Shown here: positions 1 through 15,399 of the stretch, one piece after another | How the letters are laid out: each line of letters starts with the position of its first letter | How positions within the stretch are numbered: the first letter of the stretch is position 1 | Source: Eledone cirrhosa | Taxonomy: Eukaryota | Length of the DNA: 64,000 bases | Direction: 5' to 3' | Assembly (NCBI GenBank): GCA_964016885.1 | Contig: OZ024743.1 | Span: forward strand, 209,808,001 to 209,872,000 | Program-made: the position numbers and the translations under genes | Notes under the pieces: generated by a model | Database searches by the model: none | Told to the model about the DNA's origin: nothing | The model's input: the letters and a program-made list of their open reading frames with translations, nothing else

Positions 1-259
1 TCCATAAGATATACCACAGTTTACCATCCTATAGCCAGATGAAAGCTCTTCACTCCATAAGATATACCACAGTTTACCATCCTATAGCCAGATGAAAGCT
101 CTTCACTCCATAAGATATACCACAGTTTACCATCCTATAGCCACAGATGAAAGCTCTTCACCCCATAAGATATACCACAGTTTACCATCCTATAGCCACA
201 CATGAGAGCTCTTCACTCCATAAGATATACCACAGTTTACCATCCTATGGCCACACATG

Positions 260-3200
260 AAATCTCTTCACCCCATAAGATATACCACAGTTTACCATCC
301 TATAGCCACACATGAAAGCTCTTCACTCCATAAGATATACCACAGTTTACCATCCTATAGCCAGATGAAAGCTCTTCACTCCATAAAATATACCACAGTT
401 TACCATCCTATAGCCACACATGAAAGCTCTTCACTCCATAAGATATATCACAGTTTACCATCCTATAGCCACAGATGAAAGCTCTTCACTCCATAAGATA
501 TACTGCAGTTTACCATCCTATAGCCACAGATGAAAGCTCTTCACTCCATAAGATATACCACAGTTTACCATCCTATAGCCACAGATGAAAGCTCTTCACC
601 CCATAAGATATACCACAGTTTACCATCCTATAGCCACACATGAAAGCTCTTCACTCCATAAGATATACCACAGTTTACCATCCTATAGCCACAGATGAAA
701 GCTCTTCACCCCATAAGATATACCACAGTTTACCATCCTATAGCCACACATGAAAGCTCTTCACCCCATAAGATGTACCACAGTTTAGCATCCTATTGCC
801 ACACATGAAAGTTCTTCACTCGATAAGATATACCACAGTTTACCATACTATAGCCACACATGAAAGCTCTTCACTCCATAAGATATACCACAGTTTACCA
901 TCCTATAGCAAGATGAAAGCTCTTCACTCCATAAGATATACGACAGTTTACCATCCTATAGCCACACATGAAAGCTCTTCAATCCATAAGATATACCTCA
1001 GTTTACCATCTTATAGCCACAGATGAAAGCTCTTCACTCCATAAGATATACCACAGTTTACCATCCTATAGCCACACATGAAAGCTCTTCACGCCATAAG
1101 ATATACCTCAGTTTACCATCCTATAGCCACAGATGAAAGCTCTTCACTCCATAAGATATACCACAGTTTACCATCCTATAGCCACACATGAGAGCTCTTC
1201 ACTCCATAAGATATACCACAGTTTACCATCCTATAGCCACAGATGAAAGCTCTTCACTCCATAAGATATACCACAGTTTACCATCCTATGGCCACAGATG
1301 AAAGCTCTTCACTCCATAAGATATACCACAGTTTACCATCCTATAGCCACACATGAGAGCTCTTCACCCCATAAGATATACCTCAGTTTACCATCCTATA
1401 GCCACAGATGAAAGCTCTTCACTCCATAAGATATACCACAGTTTACCATCCTATAGCCACACATGAGAGCTCTTCACTCCATAAGATATACCACAGTTTA
1501 CCATCCTATGGCCACACATGAAATCTCTTCACCCCATAAGATATACCACAGTTTACCATCCTATAGCCACACATGAAAGCTCTTCACTCCATAAGATATA
1601 CCACAGTTTACCATCCTATAGCCAGATGAAAGCTCTTCACTCCATAAAATATACCACAGTTTACCATCCTATAGCCACACATGAAAGCTCTTCACTCCAT
1701 AAGATATACCACAGTTTACATTCCTATAGCCACACATGAAAGCTCTTCACTCCATAAGATATACCACTGTTTACCATCCTATGGCCACACATGAAAGCTC
1801 TTCACTCCATAAGATATGCCACAGTTTACCATCCTATAGCCAGATGAAAGCTCTTCACTCCATAACATATACCACAGTTTACCATCCTATAGCCACAGAT
1901 GAAAGCTCTTCACTCCATAAGATATACCACAGTTTACCATCCTATAGCCAGATTAAAGCTCTTTACTCCATAAGATATACCACAGTTTACCACCCTATAG
2001 CCACAGATGAAAGCTCTTCACTCCATGAGATATACCACAGTTTACCATCCTATAGCCACCCCACGGATGAAAGCTCTTCACTCCATAAGATATATCACTG
2101 TTTACAATCCTATAGCCACAGATGAAAGCTCTTCACTCCATAAGATATACCACAGTTTACCATCCTATGGCCACAGATGAAAGCTCTTCACTCCATAAGA
2201 TATACCACAGTTTACCATCCTATAGCCACAGATGAAAGCTCTTCACTCCATAAGATATACCACAGTTTACCATCCTATAGCCACACATGAAAGCTCTTCA
2301 CTCCATGAGATATACCACAGTTTACCATCCTATAGCCATGGATGAAAGCTCTTCACTCCATAAGATATACCACAGTTTACCATCCTATAATCACACATGA
2401 AAGCTCTTCACTCCATAAGATATAACACAGTTTACCATCCTATAGCCAGATGAAAGCTCTTCACTCCATAAGATATACCACAGTTTACTATCCTATAGCC
2501 ACAGATGAAAGCTCTTCACTCCATAAGATATACCACATTTTACCATCCTATAGCCACACATGAAAGCTATTCACTCCATAATATATACCACTGTTTACCA
2601 TCCTATGGCCACACATGAAAGCTTTTCACTCCATAAGATATACCACAGTTTACCATCCTATAGCCACACATGAAAGCTCTTCACTCCATAAGATATACCA
2701 CAGTTTACCATCCTATGGCCACACATGAAAGCTCTTCACTCCATAAGATATACCACAGTTTACCATCCTATAGCTAGATGAAAGCTCTTCACTCCATAAA
2801 ATATACCACAGTTTACCGTCTTATAGCCACAGATGAAAGCTCTTCACTCCATAAGATATACCACAGTTTACCATCCTATAGCCAGATGAAAGCTCTTCAC
2901 TCCATAAGATATACCACAGTTTACCATCCTATAGCCACGCCACGGATGAAAGCTCTTCACTCCATAAGATATACCACAGTTTACAATCCTATAGCCACAG
3001 ATGAAAGCTCTTCACTCCATAAGATATACCACAGTTTACCATCCTATGGCCACAGATGAAAGCTCTTCACTCCATAAGATATACTACAGTTTACCATCCT
3101 ATAGCCACAGATGAAAGCTCTTCACTCCATAAGATATACCACAGTTTACCATCCTATAGCCACACATGAAAGCTCTTCACATCATAAGATATACCACAGT

Positions 3201-6200
3201 TTACCATCCTATAGCCACAGATGAAAGCTGTTAACTCCATAAGATATACCACAGTTTACCATCCTATAGCCACACATGAAAGCTCTTCACTCCATAAGAT
3301 ATACCACAGTTTACCATCCTATAGCCACACATGAAAGCTCTTCACTCCATAAGATATACCACAGTTTACCATCCTATAGCCACACATGAAAGCTCTTCAC
3401 TCCATAAGATATACCACATTTTACCATCCTATAGCCAGATGAAAGCTCTTCACTCCATAATATATACCACAGTTTACCATCCTATAGCCACAGATGAAAG
3501 CTGTTCACTCCATAAGATATACCACAGTTAACCATCCTATAGCCACAGATGAAAGCTGTTCACTCCATAAGATATACGACAGTTTACCATCCTATAGCCA
3601 CAGATGAAAGCTCTTAACTCCATAAGATATACCACAGTTTACCATCCTATAGCCAGATGAAAGCGCTTCACTCCATAAGATATACCACAGATTACAATCC
3701 TATAGCCAAAGATGAAAGCTGTTCACTCCATAAGATATACCACAGTTTACCATCCTATAGCCAGATGAAAGCTCTTCACTCCATAAGATATACGACAGTT
3801 TACCATCCTATAGCCACAGATGAAAGCTCTTCACTCCTTAAGATATACCACAGTTTACCATCCTATAGCCACAGATGAAAGCTCTTCACTCCAGAAGATA
3901 TACCACAGTTCACCATCCTATAGCCACAGATGAAAGCTCTTCACTCCATAAGATATACCACAGTTTACCATCCTATAGCCACACAGGAAAGCTCTTCACT
4001 CCATAAGATATACCACAGTTTACCATCCTATAGCCACAGCTGAAAGCTCTTCACCCCATAAGATATACCACAGTTTACCATCCTATAGCCACACATGAAA
4101 GCTCTTCACCCCATAAGATATACCACAGTTTACCATCCTATTGCCACACATGAAAGTTCTTCACTCGATAAGATATACCACAGTTTAACATCCTATAGCC
4201 ACACATGAAAGTTCTTCACTCCATAAGATATACCACAGTTTACCACCCTATAGCAAGATGAAAGCTCTTCACTCCATAAGATATACGACAATTTACCATC
4301 CTATAGCCACACATGAAAACTCTTCAATCCATAAGATATACCTCAGTTTACCATCTTATAGCCACAGATGAAAGCTCTTCACTCCATAAGATATACCACG
4401 GTTTACCATCCTATAGTCACAGATGAAAGCTGTTCACTCCATAACATATACGACAGTTTACCATCCTATAGCCAGATGAAAGCTCTTCACTCCATAAGAT
4501 ATACCACAGATTACCATCCTATAGCCACAGATGAAAGCTGTTCACTCCATAAGATATACCACAGCTTACCATCCTATAGCCAGATGAAAGCTCTTCACTC
4601 CATAAGATATACCACAGTTTACCATCCTATAGCCACAGATGACAGCTGTTCACTCCATAAGATATACCACAGTTTACCATCCTATAGCCAGATGAAAGCA
4701 CTTCACTCCATAAGATATACCACAGTTTACCATCCTATAGCCAGATGAAAGCTCTTCACTCCATAAGATATACCACAGTTTACCATCCTATAGCCACAGA
4801 TGAAAGCTCTTCACCCCATAAGATATACCACAGTTTACCATCCTATAGCCACACATGAGAGCTCTTCACTCCATAAGATATACCACAGTTTACCATCCTA
4901 TGGCCACACATGAAATCTCTTCACCCCATAAGATATACCACAGTTTACCATCCTATAGGCACACATGAAAGCTCTTCACTCCATAAGATATACCACAGTT
5001 TACCATCCTATAGCCAGATGAAAGCTCTTCACTCCATAAAATATACCACAGTTTACCATCCTATAGCCACACATGAAAGCTCTTCACTCCATAAGATATA
5101 CCACAGTTTACCATCCTATAGCCACAGATGAAAGCTCTTCACTCCATAACATATACCGCAGTTTACCATCCTATAGCCACAGATGAAAGCTCTTCACTCC
5201 ATCAGATATACCACAGTTTACCATCCTATAGGCACAGATGAAAGCTCTTCACCCCATAAGATATACCACAGTTTACCATCCTATAGCCACACATGAAAGC
5301 TCTTCACTCCATAAGATATAACACAGTTTACCATCCTATAGCCACAGATGAAAGCTCTTCACCCCATAAGATGTACCACAGTTTAGCATCCTATTGCCAC
5401 ACATGAAAGTTCTTCACTCGATAAGATATACCACAGTTTACCATCCTATAGCCACACATGAAAGCTCTTCATTCCATAAGATATACCACAGTTTACCATC
5501 CTATAGCAAGATGAAAGCTCTTCACTCCATAAGATATACGACAGTTTACCATCCTATAGCCACACATGAAAGCTCTTCAATCCATAAGATATACCTCAGT
5601 TTACCATCTTATAGCCACAGATGAAAGCTCTTCACTCCATAAGATATACCACAGTTTACCATCCTATAGCCACACATGAAAGCTCTTCACGCCATAAGAT
5701 ATACCTCAGTTTACCATCCTATAGCCACAGATTAAAGCTCTTCACTCCATAAGATATACCACAGTTTACCATCCTATAGCCACACATGAGAGCTCTTCAC
5801 TCCATAAGATATACCACAGTTTACCATCCTATAGCCACAGATGAAAGCTCTTCACTCCATAAGATATACCACAGTTTACCATCCTATGGCCACAGATGAA
5901 AGCTCTTCACTCCATAAGATATACCACACTTTACCATCCTATAGCCACACATGAGAGCTCTTCACCCCATAAGATATACCTCAGTTTACCATCCTATAGC
6001 CACAGATGAAAGCTCTTCACTCCATAAGATATACCACAGTTTACCATCCTATAGCCACACATGAGAGCTCTTCACTCCATAAGATATACCACAGTTTACC
6101 ATCCTATGGCCACACATGAAATCTCTTCACCCCATAAGATATACCACTGTTTACCATCCTATAGCCACACATGAAAGCTCTTCACTCCATAAGATATACC

Positions 6201-9200
6201 ACAGTTTACCATCCTATAGCCAGATGAAAGCTCTTCACTCCATAAGATATACCACAGATTACCATCCTATAGCCACAGATGAAAGCTCTTCACTCCATAA
6301 GATATACCACAGCTTACCATCCTATAGCCAGATGAAAGCTCTTCACTCCATAAGATATACCACAGTTTACCATCCTATAGCCACAGATGACAGCTGTTCA
6401 CTCCATAAGATATACCACAGTTTACCATCCTATAGCCAGATGAAAGCTCTTCACTCCATAAGATATACCACAGTTTACCATCCTATAGCCAGATGAAAGC
6501 TCTTCACTCCATAAGATATACCACAGTTTACCATCCTATAGCCACAGATGAAAGCTCTTCACCCCATAAGATATACCACAGTTTACCATCCTATAGCCAC
6601 ACATGAAAGCTCTTCACTCCATAAGATATACCACAGTTTACCATCCTATAGCCAGATGAAAGCTCTTCACTCCATAAAATATACCACAGTTTACCATCCT
6701 ATAGCCACACATGAAAGCTCTTCACTCCATAAGATATACCACAGTTTACCATCCTATAGCCACAGATGAAAGCTCTTCACTCCATAAGATATACCGCAGT
6801 TTACCATCCTATAGCCACAGATGAAAGCTCTTCACTCCATAAGATATACCACAGTTTACCATCCTATAGCCACAGATGAAAGCTCTTCACCCCATAAGAT
6901 ATACCACAGTTTACCATCCTATAGCCACACATGAAAGCTCTTCACTCCATAAGATATACCACAGTTTACCATCCTATAGCCACAGATGAAAGCTCTTCAC
7001 CCCTATAAGATATACCACAGTTTACCATCCTATAGCCACACATGAAAGCTCTTCACCCCATAAGATGTACCACAGTTTAGCATCCTATTGCCACACATGA
7101 AAGTTCTTCACTCGATAAGATATACCACAGTTTACCATACTATAGCCACACATGAAAGCTCTTCACTCCATAAGATATACCACAGTTTACCATCCTATAG
7201 CAAGATGAAAGCTCTTCACTCCATAAGATATACGACAGTTTACCATCCTATAGCCACACATGAAAGCTCTTCAATCCATAAGATATACCTCAGTTTACCA
7301 TCTTATAGCCACAGATGAAAGCTCTTCACTCCATAAGATATACCACAGTTTACCATCCTATAGCCACACATGAAAGCTCTTCACGCCATAAGATATACCT
7401 CAGTTTACCATCCTATAGCCACAGATGAAAGCTCTTCACTCCATAAGATATACCACAGTTTACCATCCTATAGCCACACATGAGAGCTCTTCACTCCATA
7501 AGATATACCACAGTTTACCATCCTATAGCCACAGATGAAAGCTCTTCACTCCATAAGATATACCACAGTTTACCATCCTATGGCCACAGATGAAAGCTCT
7601 TCACTCCATAAGATATACCACAGTTTACCATCCTATAGCCACACATGAGAGCTCTTCACCCCATAAGATATACCTCAGTTTACCATCCTATAGCCACAGA
7701 TGAAAGCTCTTCACTCCATAAGATATACCACAGTTTACCATCCTATAGCCACACATAAGAGCTCTTCACTCCATAAGATATACCACAGTTTACCATCCTA
7801 TGGCCACACATGAAATCTCTTCACCCCATAAGATATACCACAGTTTACCATCCTATAGCCACAGATGAAAGCTCTTCACTCCATAAGATATACCACAGTT
7901 TACCATCCTATAGCCAGATGAAAGCTCTTCACTCCATAAAATATACCACAGTTCACCATCCTATAGCCACACATGAAAGCTCTTCACTCCATAAGATATA
8001 CCACAGTTTACATTCCTATAGCCACACATGAAAGCTCTTCACTCCATAAGATATACCACTGTTTACCATCCTATGGCCACACATGAAAGCTCTTCACTCC
8101 ATAAGATATGCCACAGTTTACCATCCTATAGCCAGATGAAAGCTCTTCACTCCATAACATATACCACAGTTTACCATCCTATAGCCACAGATGAAAGCTC
8201 TTCACTCCATAAGATATACCACAGTTTACCATCCTATAGCCAGATTAAAGCTCTTTACTCCATAAGATATACCACAGTTTACCACCCTATAGCCACAGAT
8301 GAAAGCTCTTCACTCCATGAGATATACCACAGTTTACCATCCTATAGCCACGCCACGGATGAAAGCTCTTCACTCCATAAGATATACCACTGTTTACAAT
8401 CCTATAGCCACAGATGAAAGCTCTTCACTCCATAAGATATACCACAGTTTACCATCCTATGGCCACATATGAAAGCTCTTCACTCCATAAGATATACCAC
8501 AGTTTACCATCCTATAGCCACAGATGAAAGCTCTTCACTCCATAAGACATACCACAGTTTACCATCCTATAGCCACACATGAAAGCTCTTCACTCCATGA
8601 GATATACCACAGTTTACCATCCTATAGCCATGGATGAAAGCTCTTCACTCCATAAGATATACCACAGTTTACCATCCTATAATCACACATGAAAGCTCTT
8701 CACTCCATAAGATATAACACAGTTTACCATCCTATAGCCAGATGAAAGCTCTTCACTCCATAAGATATACCACAGTTTACAATCCTATAGCCACAGATGA
8801 AAGCTCTTCACTCCATAAGATATACCACATTTTACCATCCTATAGCCACACATGAAAGCTATTCACTCCATAATATATACCACTGTTTACCATCCTATGG
8901 CCACACATGAAAGCTTTTCACTCCATAAGATATACCACAGTTTACCATCCTATAGCCACACATGAAAGCTCTTCACTCCATAAGATATACCACTGTTTAC
9001 CATCCTATGGCCACACATGAAAGCTCTTCACTCCATAAGATATACCACAGTTTACCATCCTATAGCTAGATGAAAGCTCTTCACTCCATAAAATATACCA
9101 CAGTTTACCATCTTATAGCCACAGATGAAAACTCTTCACTCCATAAGATATACCACAGTTTACCATCCTATAGCCAGATGAAAGCTCTTCACTCCATAAG

Positions 9201-12200
9201 ATATACGACAGTTTACCATCCTATAGCCACACATGAAAGCTCTTCAATCCATAAGATATACCTCAGTTTACCATCTTATAGCCACAGATGAAAGCTCTTC
9301 ACTCCATAAGATATACCACAGTTTACCATCCTATAGCCACACATGAAAGCTCTTCACGCCATAAGATATACCTCAGTTTACCATCCTATAGCCACAGATG
9401 AAAGCTCTTCACTCCATAAGATATACCACAGTTTACCATCCTATAGCCACACATGAGAGCTCTTCACTCCATAAGATATACCACAGTTTACCATCCTATA
9501 GCCACAGATGAAAGCTCTTCACTCCATAAGATATACCACAGTTTACCATCCTATGGCCACAGATGAAAGCTCTTCACTCCATAAGATATACCACAGTTTA
9601 CCATCCTATAGCCACACATGAGAGCTCTTCACCCCATAAGATATACCTCAGTTTACCATCCTATAGCCACAGATGAAAGCTCTTCACTCCATAAGATATA
9701 CCACAGTTTACCATCCTATAGCCACACATAAGAGCTCTTCACTCCATAAGATATACCACAGTTTACCATCCTATGGCCACACATGAAATCTCTTCACCCC
9801 ATAAGATATACCACAGTTTACCATCCTATAGCCACACATGAAAGCTCTTCACTCCATAAGATATACCACAGTTTACCATCCTATAGCCAGATGAAAGCTC
9901 TTCACTCCATAAAATATACCACAGTTCACCATCCTATAGCCACACATGAAAGCTCTTCACTCCATAAGATATACCACAGTTTACATTCCTATAGCCACAC
10001 ATGAAAGCTCTTCACTCCATAAGATATACCACTGTTTACCATCCTATGGCCACACATGAAAGCTCTTCACTCCATAAGATATGCCACAGTTTACCATCCT
10101 ATAGCCAGATGAAAGCTCTTCACTCCATAACATATACCACAGTTTACCATCCTATAGCCACAGATGAAAGCTCTTCACTCCATAAGATATACCACAGTTT
10201 ACCATCCTATAGCCAGATTAAAGCTCTTTACTCCATAAGATATACCACAGTTTACCACCCTATAGCCACAGATGAAAGCTCTTCACTCCATGAGATATAC
10301 CACAGTTTACCATCCTATAGCCACGCCACGGATGAAAGCTCTTCACTCCATAAGATATACCACTGTTTACAATCCTATAGCCACAGATGAAAGCTCTTCA
10401 CTCCATAAGATATACCACAGTTTACCATCCTATGGCCACAGATGAAAGCTCTTCACTCCATAAGATATACCACAGTTTACCATCCTATAGCCACAGATGA
10501 AAGCTCTTCACTCCATAAGATATACCACAGTTTACCATCCTATAGCCACACATGAAAGCTCTTCACTCCATGAGATATACCACAGTTTACCATCCTATAG
10601 CCATGGATGAAAGCTCTTCACTCCATAAGATATACCACAGTTTACCATCCTATAATCACACATGAAAGCTCTTCACTCCATAAGATATAACACAGTTTAC
10701 CATCCTATAGCCAGATGAAAGCTCTTCACTCCATAAGATATACCACAGTTTACAATCCTATAGCCACAGATGAAAGCTCTTCACTCCATAAGATATACCA
10801 CATTTTACCATCCTATAGCCACACATGAAAGCTATTCACTCCATAATATATACCACTGTTTACCATCCTATGGCCACACATGAAAGCTTTTCACTCCATA
10901 AGATATACCACAGTTTACCATCCTATAGCCACACATGAAAGCTCTTCACTCCATAAGATATACCACTGTTTACCATCCTATGGCCACACATGAAAGCTCT
11001 TCACTCCATAAGATATACCACAGTTTACCATCCTATAGCTAGATGAAAGCTCTTCACTCCATAAAATATACCACAGTTTACCATCTTATAGCCACAGATG
11101 AAAACTCTTCACTCCATAAGATATACCACAGTTTACCATCCTATAGCCAGATGAAAGCTCTTCACTCCATAAGATATACCACAGTTTACCATCCTATAGC
11201 CACGCCACGGATGAAAGCTCTTCACTCCATAAGATATACCACAGTTTACAATCCTATAGCCACAGATGAAAGCTCTTCACTCCATAAGATATACCACAGT
11301 TTACCATCCTATAGCCACACATGAAAGCTCTTCACTCCATAAGATATACTACAGTTTACCATCCTATAGCCACAGATGAAAGCTCTTCACTCCATAAGAT
11401 ATACCACAGTTTACCATCCTATAGCCACACATGAAAGCTCTTCACATCATAAGATATACCACATTTTACCATCCTATAGCCAGATGAAAGCTCTTCACTC
11501 CATAATATATACCACAGTTTACCATCCTATAGCCACAGATGAAAGCTCTTCACTCCATAAGATATACCACAGTTAACCATCCTATAGCCACAGATGAGAG
11601 CTGTTCACTCCATAAGATATACGACAGTTTACCATCCTATAGCCACAGATGAAAGCTCTTAACTCCATAAGATATACCACAGTTTACCATCCTATAGCCA
11701 GATGAAAGCGCTTCACTCCATAAGATATACCACAGATTACAATCCTATAGCCAAAGATGAAAGCTGTTCACTCCATAAGATATACCACAGTTTACCATCC
11801 TATAGCCAGATGAAAGCTCTTCACTCCATAAGATATACGACAGTTTACCATCCTATAGCCACAGATGAAAGCTCTTCACTCCTTAAGATATACCACAGTT
11901 TACCATCCTATAGCCACAGATGAAAGCTCTTCACTCCAGAAGATATACCACAGTTCACCATCCTATAGCCACAGATGAAAGCTCTTCACTCCATAAGATA
12001 TACCACAGTTTACCATCCTATAGCCACACAGGAAAGCTCTTCACTCCATAAGATATACCACAGTTTACCATCCTATAGCCACAGCTGAAAGCTCTTCACC
12101 CCATAAGATATACCACAGTTTACCATCCTATAGCCACACATGAAAGCTCTTCACCCCATAAGATATACCACAGTTTACCATCCTATTGCCACACATGAAA

Positions 12201-14100
12201 GTTCTTCACTCGATAAGATATACCACAGTTTACCATCCTATAGCCACACATGAAAGCTCTTCACTCCATAAGATATACCACAGTTTACCACCCTATAGCA
12301 AGATGAAAGCTCTTCACTCCATAAGATATACGACAATTTACCATCCTATAGCCACACATGAAAACTCTTCAATCCATAAGATATACCTCAGTTTACCATC
12401 TTATAGGCACAGATGAAAGCTCTTCACTCCATAAGATATACCACGGTTTACCATCCTATAGCCACAGATGAAAGCTGTTCACTCCATAACATATACGACA
12501 GTTTACCATCCTATAGCCAGATGAAAGCTCTTCACTCCATAAGATATACCACAGATTACCATCCTATAGCCACAGATGAAAGCTGTTCACTCCATAAGAT
12601 ATACCACAGCTTACCATCCTATAGCCAGATGAAAGCTCTTCACTCCATAAGATATACCACAGTTTACCATCCTATAGCCACAGATGACAGCTGTTCACTC
12701 CATAAGATATACCACAGTTTACCATCCTATAGCCAGATGAAAGCACTTCACTCCATAAGATATACCACAGTTTACCATCCTATAGCCAGATGAAAGCTCT
12801 TCATTCCATAAGATATACCACAGTTTACCATCCTATAGCCACAGATGAAAGCTCTTCACCCCATAAGATATACCACAGTTTACCATCCTATAGCCACACA
12901 TGAGAGCTCTTCACTCCATAAGATATACCACAGTTTACCATCCTATAGCCAGATGAAAGCTCTTCACTCCATAAAATATACCACAGTTTACCATCCTATA
13001 GCCACACATGAAAGCTCTTCACTCCATAAGATATACCACAGTTTACCATCCTATAGCCACAGATGAAAGCTCTTCACTCCATAAGATATACCGCAGTTTA
13101 CCATCCTATAGCCACAGATGAAAGCTCTTCACTCCATAAGATATACCACAGTTTACCATCCTATAGGCACAGATGAAAGCTCTTCACCCCATAAGATATA
13201 CCACAGTTTACCATCCTATAGCCACAGATGAAAGCTGTTCACTCCATAAGATATAACACAGTTTACCATCCTATAGCCACAGATGAAAGCTCTTCACCCC
13301 ATAAGATGTACCACAGTTTAGCATCCTATTGCCACACATGAAAGTTCTTCACTCGATAAGATATACCACAGTTTACCATCCTATAGCCACACATGAAAGC
13401 TCTTCACTCCATAAGATATACCTCAGTTTACCATCTTATAGCCACAGATGAAAGCTCTTCACTCCATAAGATATACCACAGTTTACCATCCTATAGCCAC
13501 ACATGAAAGCTCTTCAATCCATAAGATATACCTCAGTTTACCATCTTATAGCCACAGATGAAAGCTCTTCACTCCATAAGATATACCACAGTTTACCATC
13601 CTATAGCCACACATGAAAGCTCTTCACGCCATAAGATATACCTCAGTTTACCATCCTATAGCCACAGATTAAATCTCTTCACTCCATAAGATATACCACA
13701 GTTTACCATCCTATAGCCACACATGAGAGCTCTTCACTCCATAAGATATACCACAGTTTACCATCCTATAGCCACAGATGAAAGCTCTTCACTCCATAAG
13801 ATATACCACAGTTTACCATCCTATGGCCACAGATGAAAGCCCTTCACTCCATAAGATATACCACACTTTACCATCCTATAGCCACACATGAGAGCTCTTC
13901 ACCCCATAAGATATACCTCAGTTTACCATCCTATAGCCACAGATGAAAGCTCTTCACTCCATAAGATATACCACAGTTTACCATTCTATAGCCACACATG
14001 AGAGCTCTTCACTCCATAAGATATACCACAGTTTACCATCCTATGGCCACACATGAAATCTCTTCACCCCATAAGATATACCACAGTTTACCATCCTATA
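260..14100 (+). repeat. Large imperfect higher-order duplication: about 260-6200 is repeated at about 6550-14100, built from an approximately 4.6-kb ancestral unit
   Basis: Variant-bearing ORFs recur at constant offsets. 796/7088, 1518/7810, 1736/8028 and 2778/9070 are +6292. 3331/11376, 3657/11702 and 4368/12413 are +8045. 6116/14053 is +7937. Internally, 257/4910 is +4653, and 796/5394 and 1518/6116 are +4598. The rare marker GATGTACC..TTTAGCATCCTATTG appears near 780, 5380, 7075 and 13315. Confidence 0.85.
7203..11179 (+). repeat. Near-perfect tandem duplication, period 1973 bp (36 monomers)
   Basis: ORF pairs 7810/9783, 8028/10001 and 9070/11043 are all +1973. Both copies share the private variants CACATAAGAG (~7753/9726), GTTCACC (~7951/9924) and GAAAACTC (~9127/11100). 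The length fits 36x55 - 6x2 + 5, matching six 53-mers and one 60-mer counted by eye. Confidence 0.93.
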
Positions 14101-15399
14101 GCCACACATGAAAGCTCTTCACTCCATAAGATGTACCACAGTTTACCATCCTATAGCCAGATGAAAGCTCTTCACTCCATAAAATATACCACAGTTTACC
14201 ATCCTATAGCCACACATGAAAGCTCTTCACTCCATAAGATATACCACAGTTTACATTCCTATAGCCACACATGAAAGCTCTTCACTCCATAAGATATACC
14301 ACTGTTTACCATCCTATGGCCACACATGAAAGCTCTTCACTCCATAAGATATGCCACAGTTTACCATCCTATAGCCAGATGAAAGCTCTTCACTCCATAA
14401 CATATACCACAGTTTACCATCCTATAGCCACAGATGAAAGCTCTTCACTCCATAAGATATACCACAATTTACCATCCTATAGCCAGATTAAAGTTCTTCA
14501 CTCCATAAGATATACCACAGTTTACCACCCTATAGCCACAGATGAAAGTTCTTCACTCCATGAGATATACCACAGTTTACCATCCTATAGCCAGATGAAA
14601 GCTCTTCACTCCATAAGATATACCACAGTTTACCACCCTATAGCCACAGATGACATCTCTTCACTCCATGAGATATACCACAGTTTACCATCCTATAGCC
14701 ACGCCACGGATGAAAGCTCTTCACTCCATAAGATATACCACAGTTTACAATCCTATAGCCACAGATGAAAGCTCTTCACTCCATAAGATATACCACAGTT
14801 TACCATCCTATGGCCACAGATGAAAGCTCTTCACTCCATAAGATATACTACAGTTTACCATCCTATAGCCACAGATGAAAGCTCTTCACTCCATAAGATA
14901 TACCACAGTTTACCATCCTATAGCCACACATGAAAGCTCTTCACATCATAAGATATACCACAGTTTACCATCCTATAGCCACAGATGAAAGCTGTTAACT
15001 CCATAAGATATACCACAGTTTACCATCCTATAGCCACACATGAAAGCTCTTCACTCCATAAGATATACCACAGTTTACCATCCTATAGCCACACATGAAA
15101 GCTCTTCACTCCATAAGATATACCACAGTTTACCAACCTATAGCCACACATGAAAGCTGTTCACTCCATAAGATATACCACAGTTTACCATCCTATAGCC
15201 ACAGATGAAAGCTCTTCACTCTATAAGATATACCACAGTTTACCCTCCTATAGCCACACATGAAAGCTCTTCACTCCATAAGATATACCACAGTTTACCA
15301 TAATATAGCCACACATGGAAGCTCTTCACATCATAAGATATACCACAGTTTACCATCCTATAGCCACACATGAAAGCTCTTCAATCCAGAAGATATACC

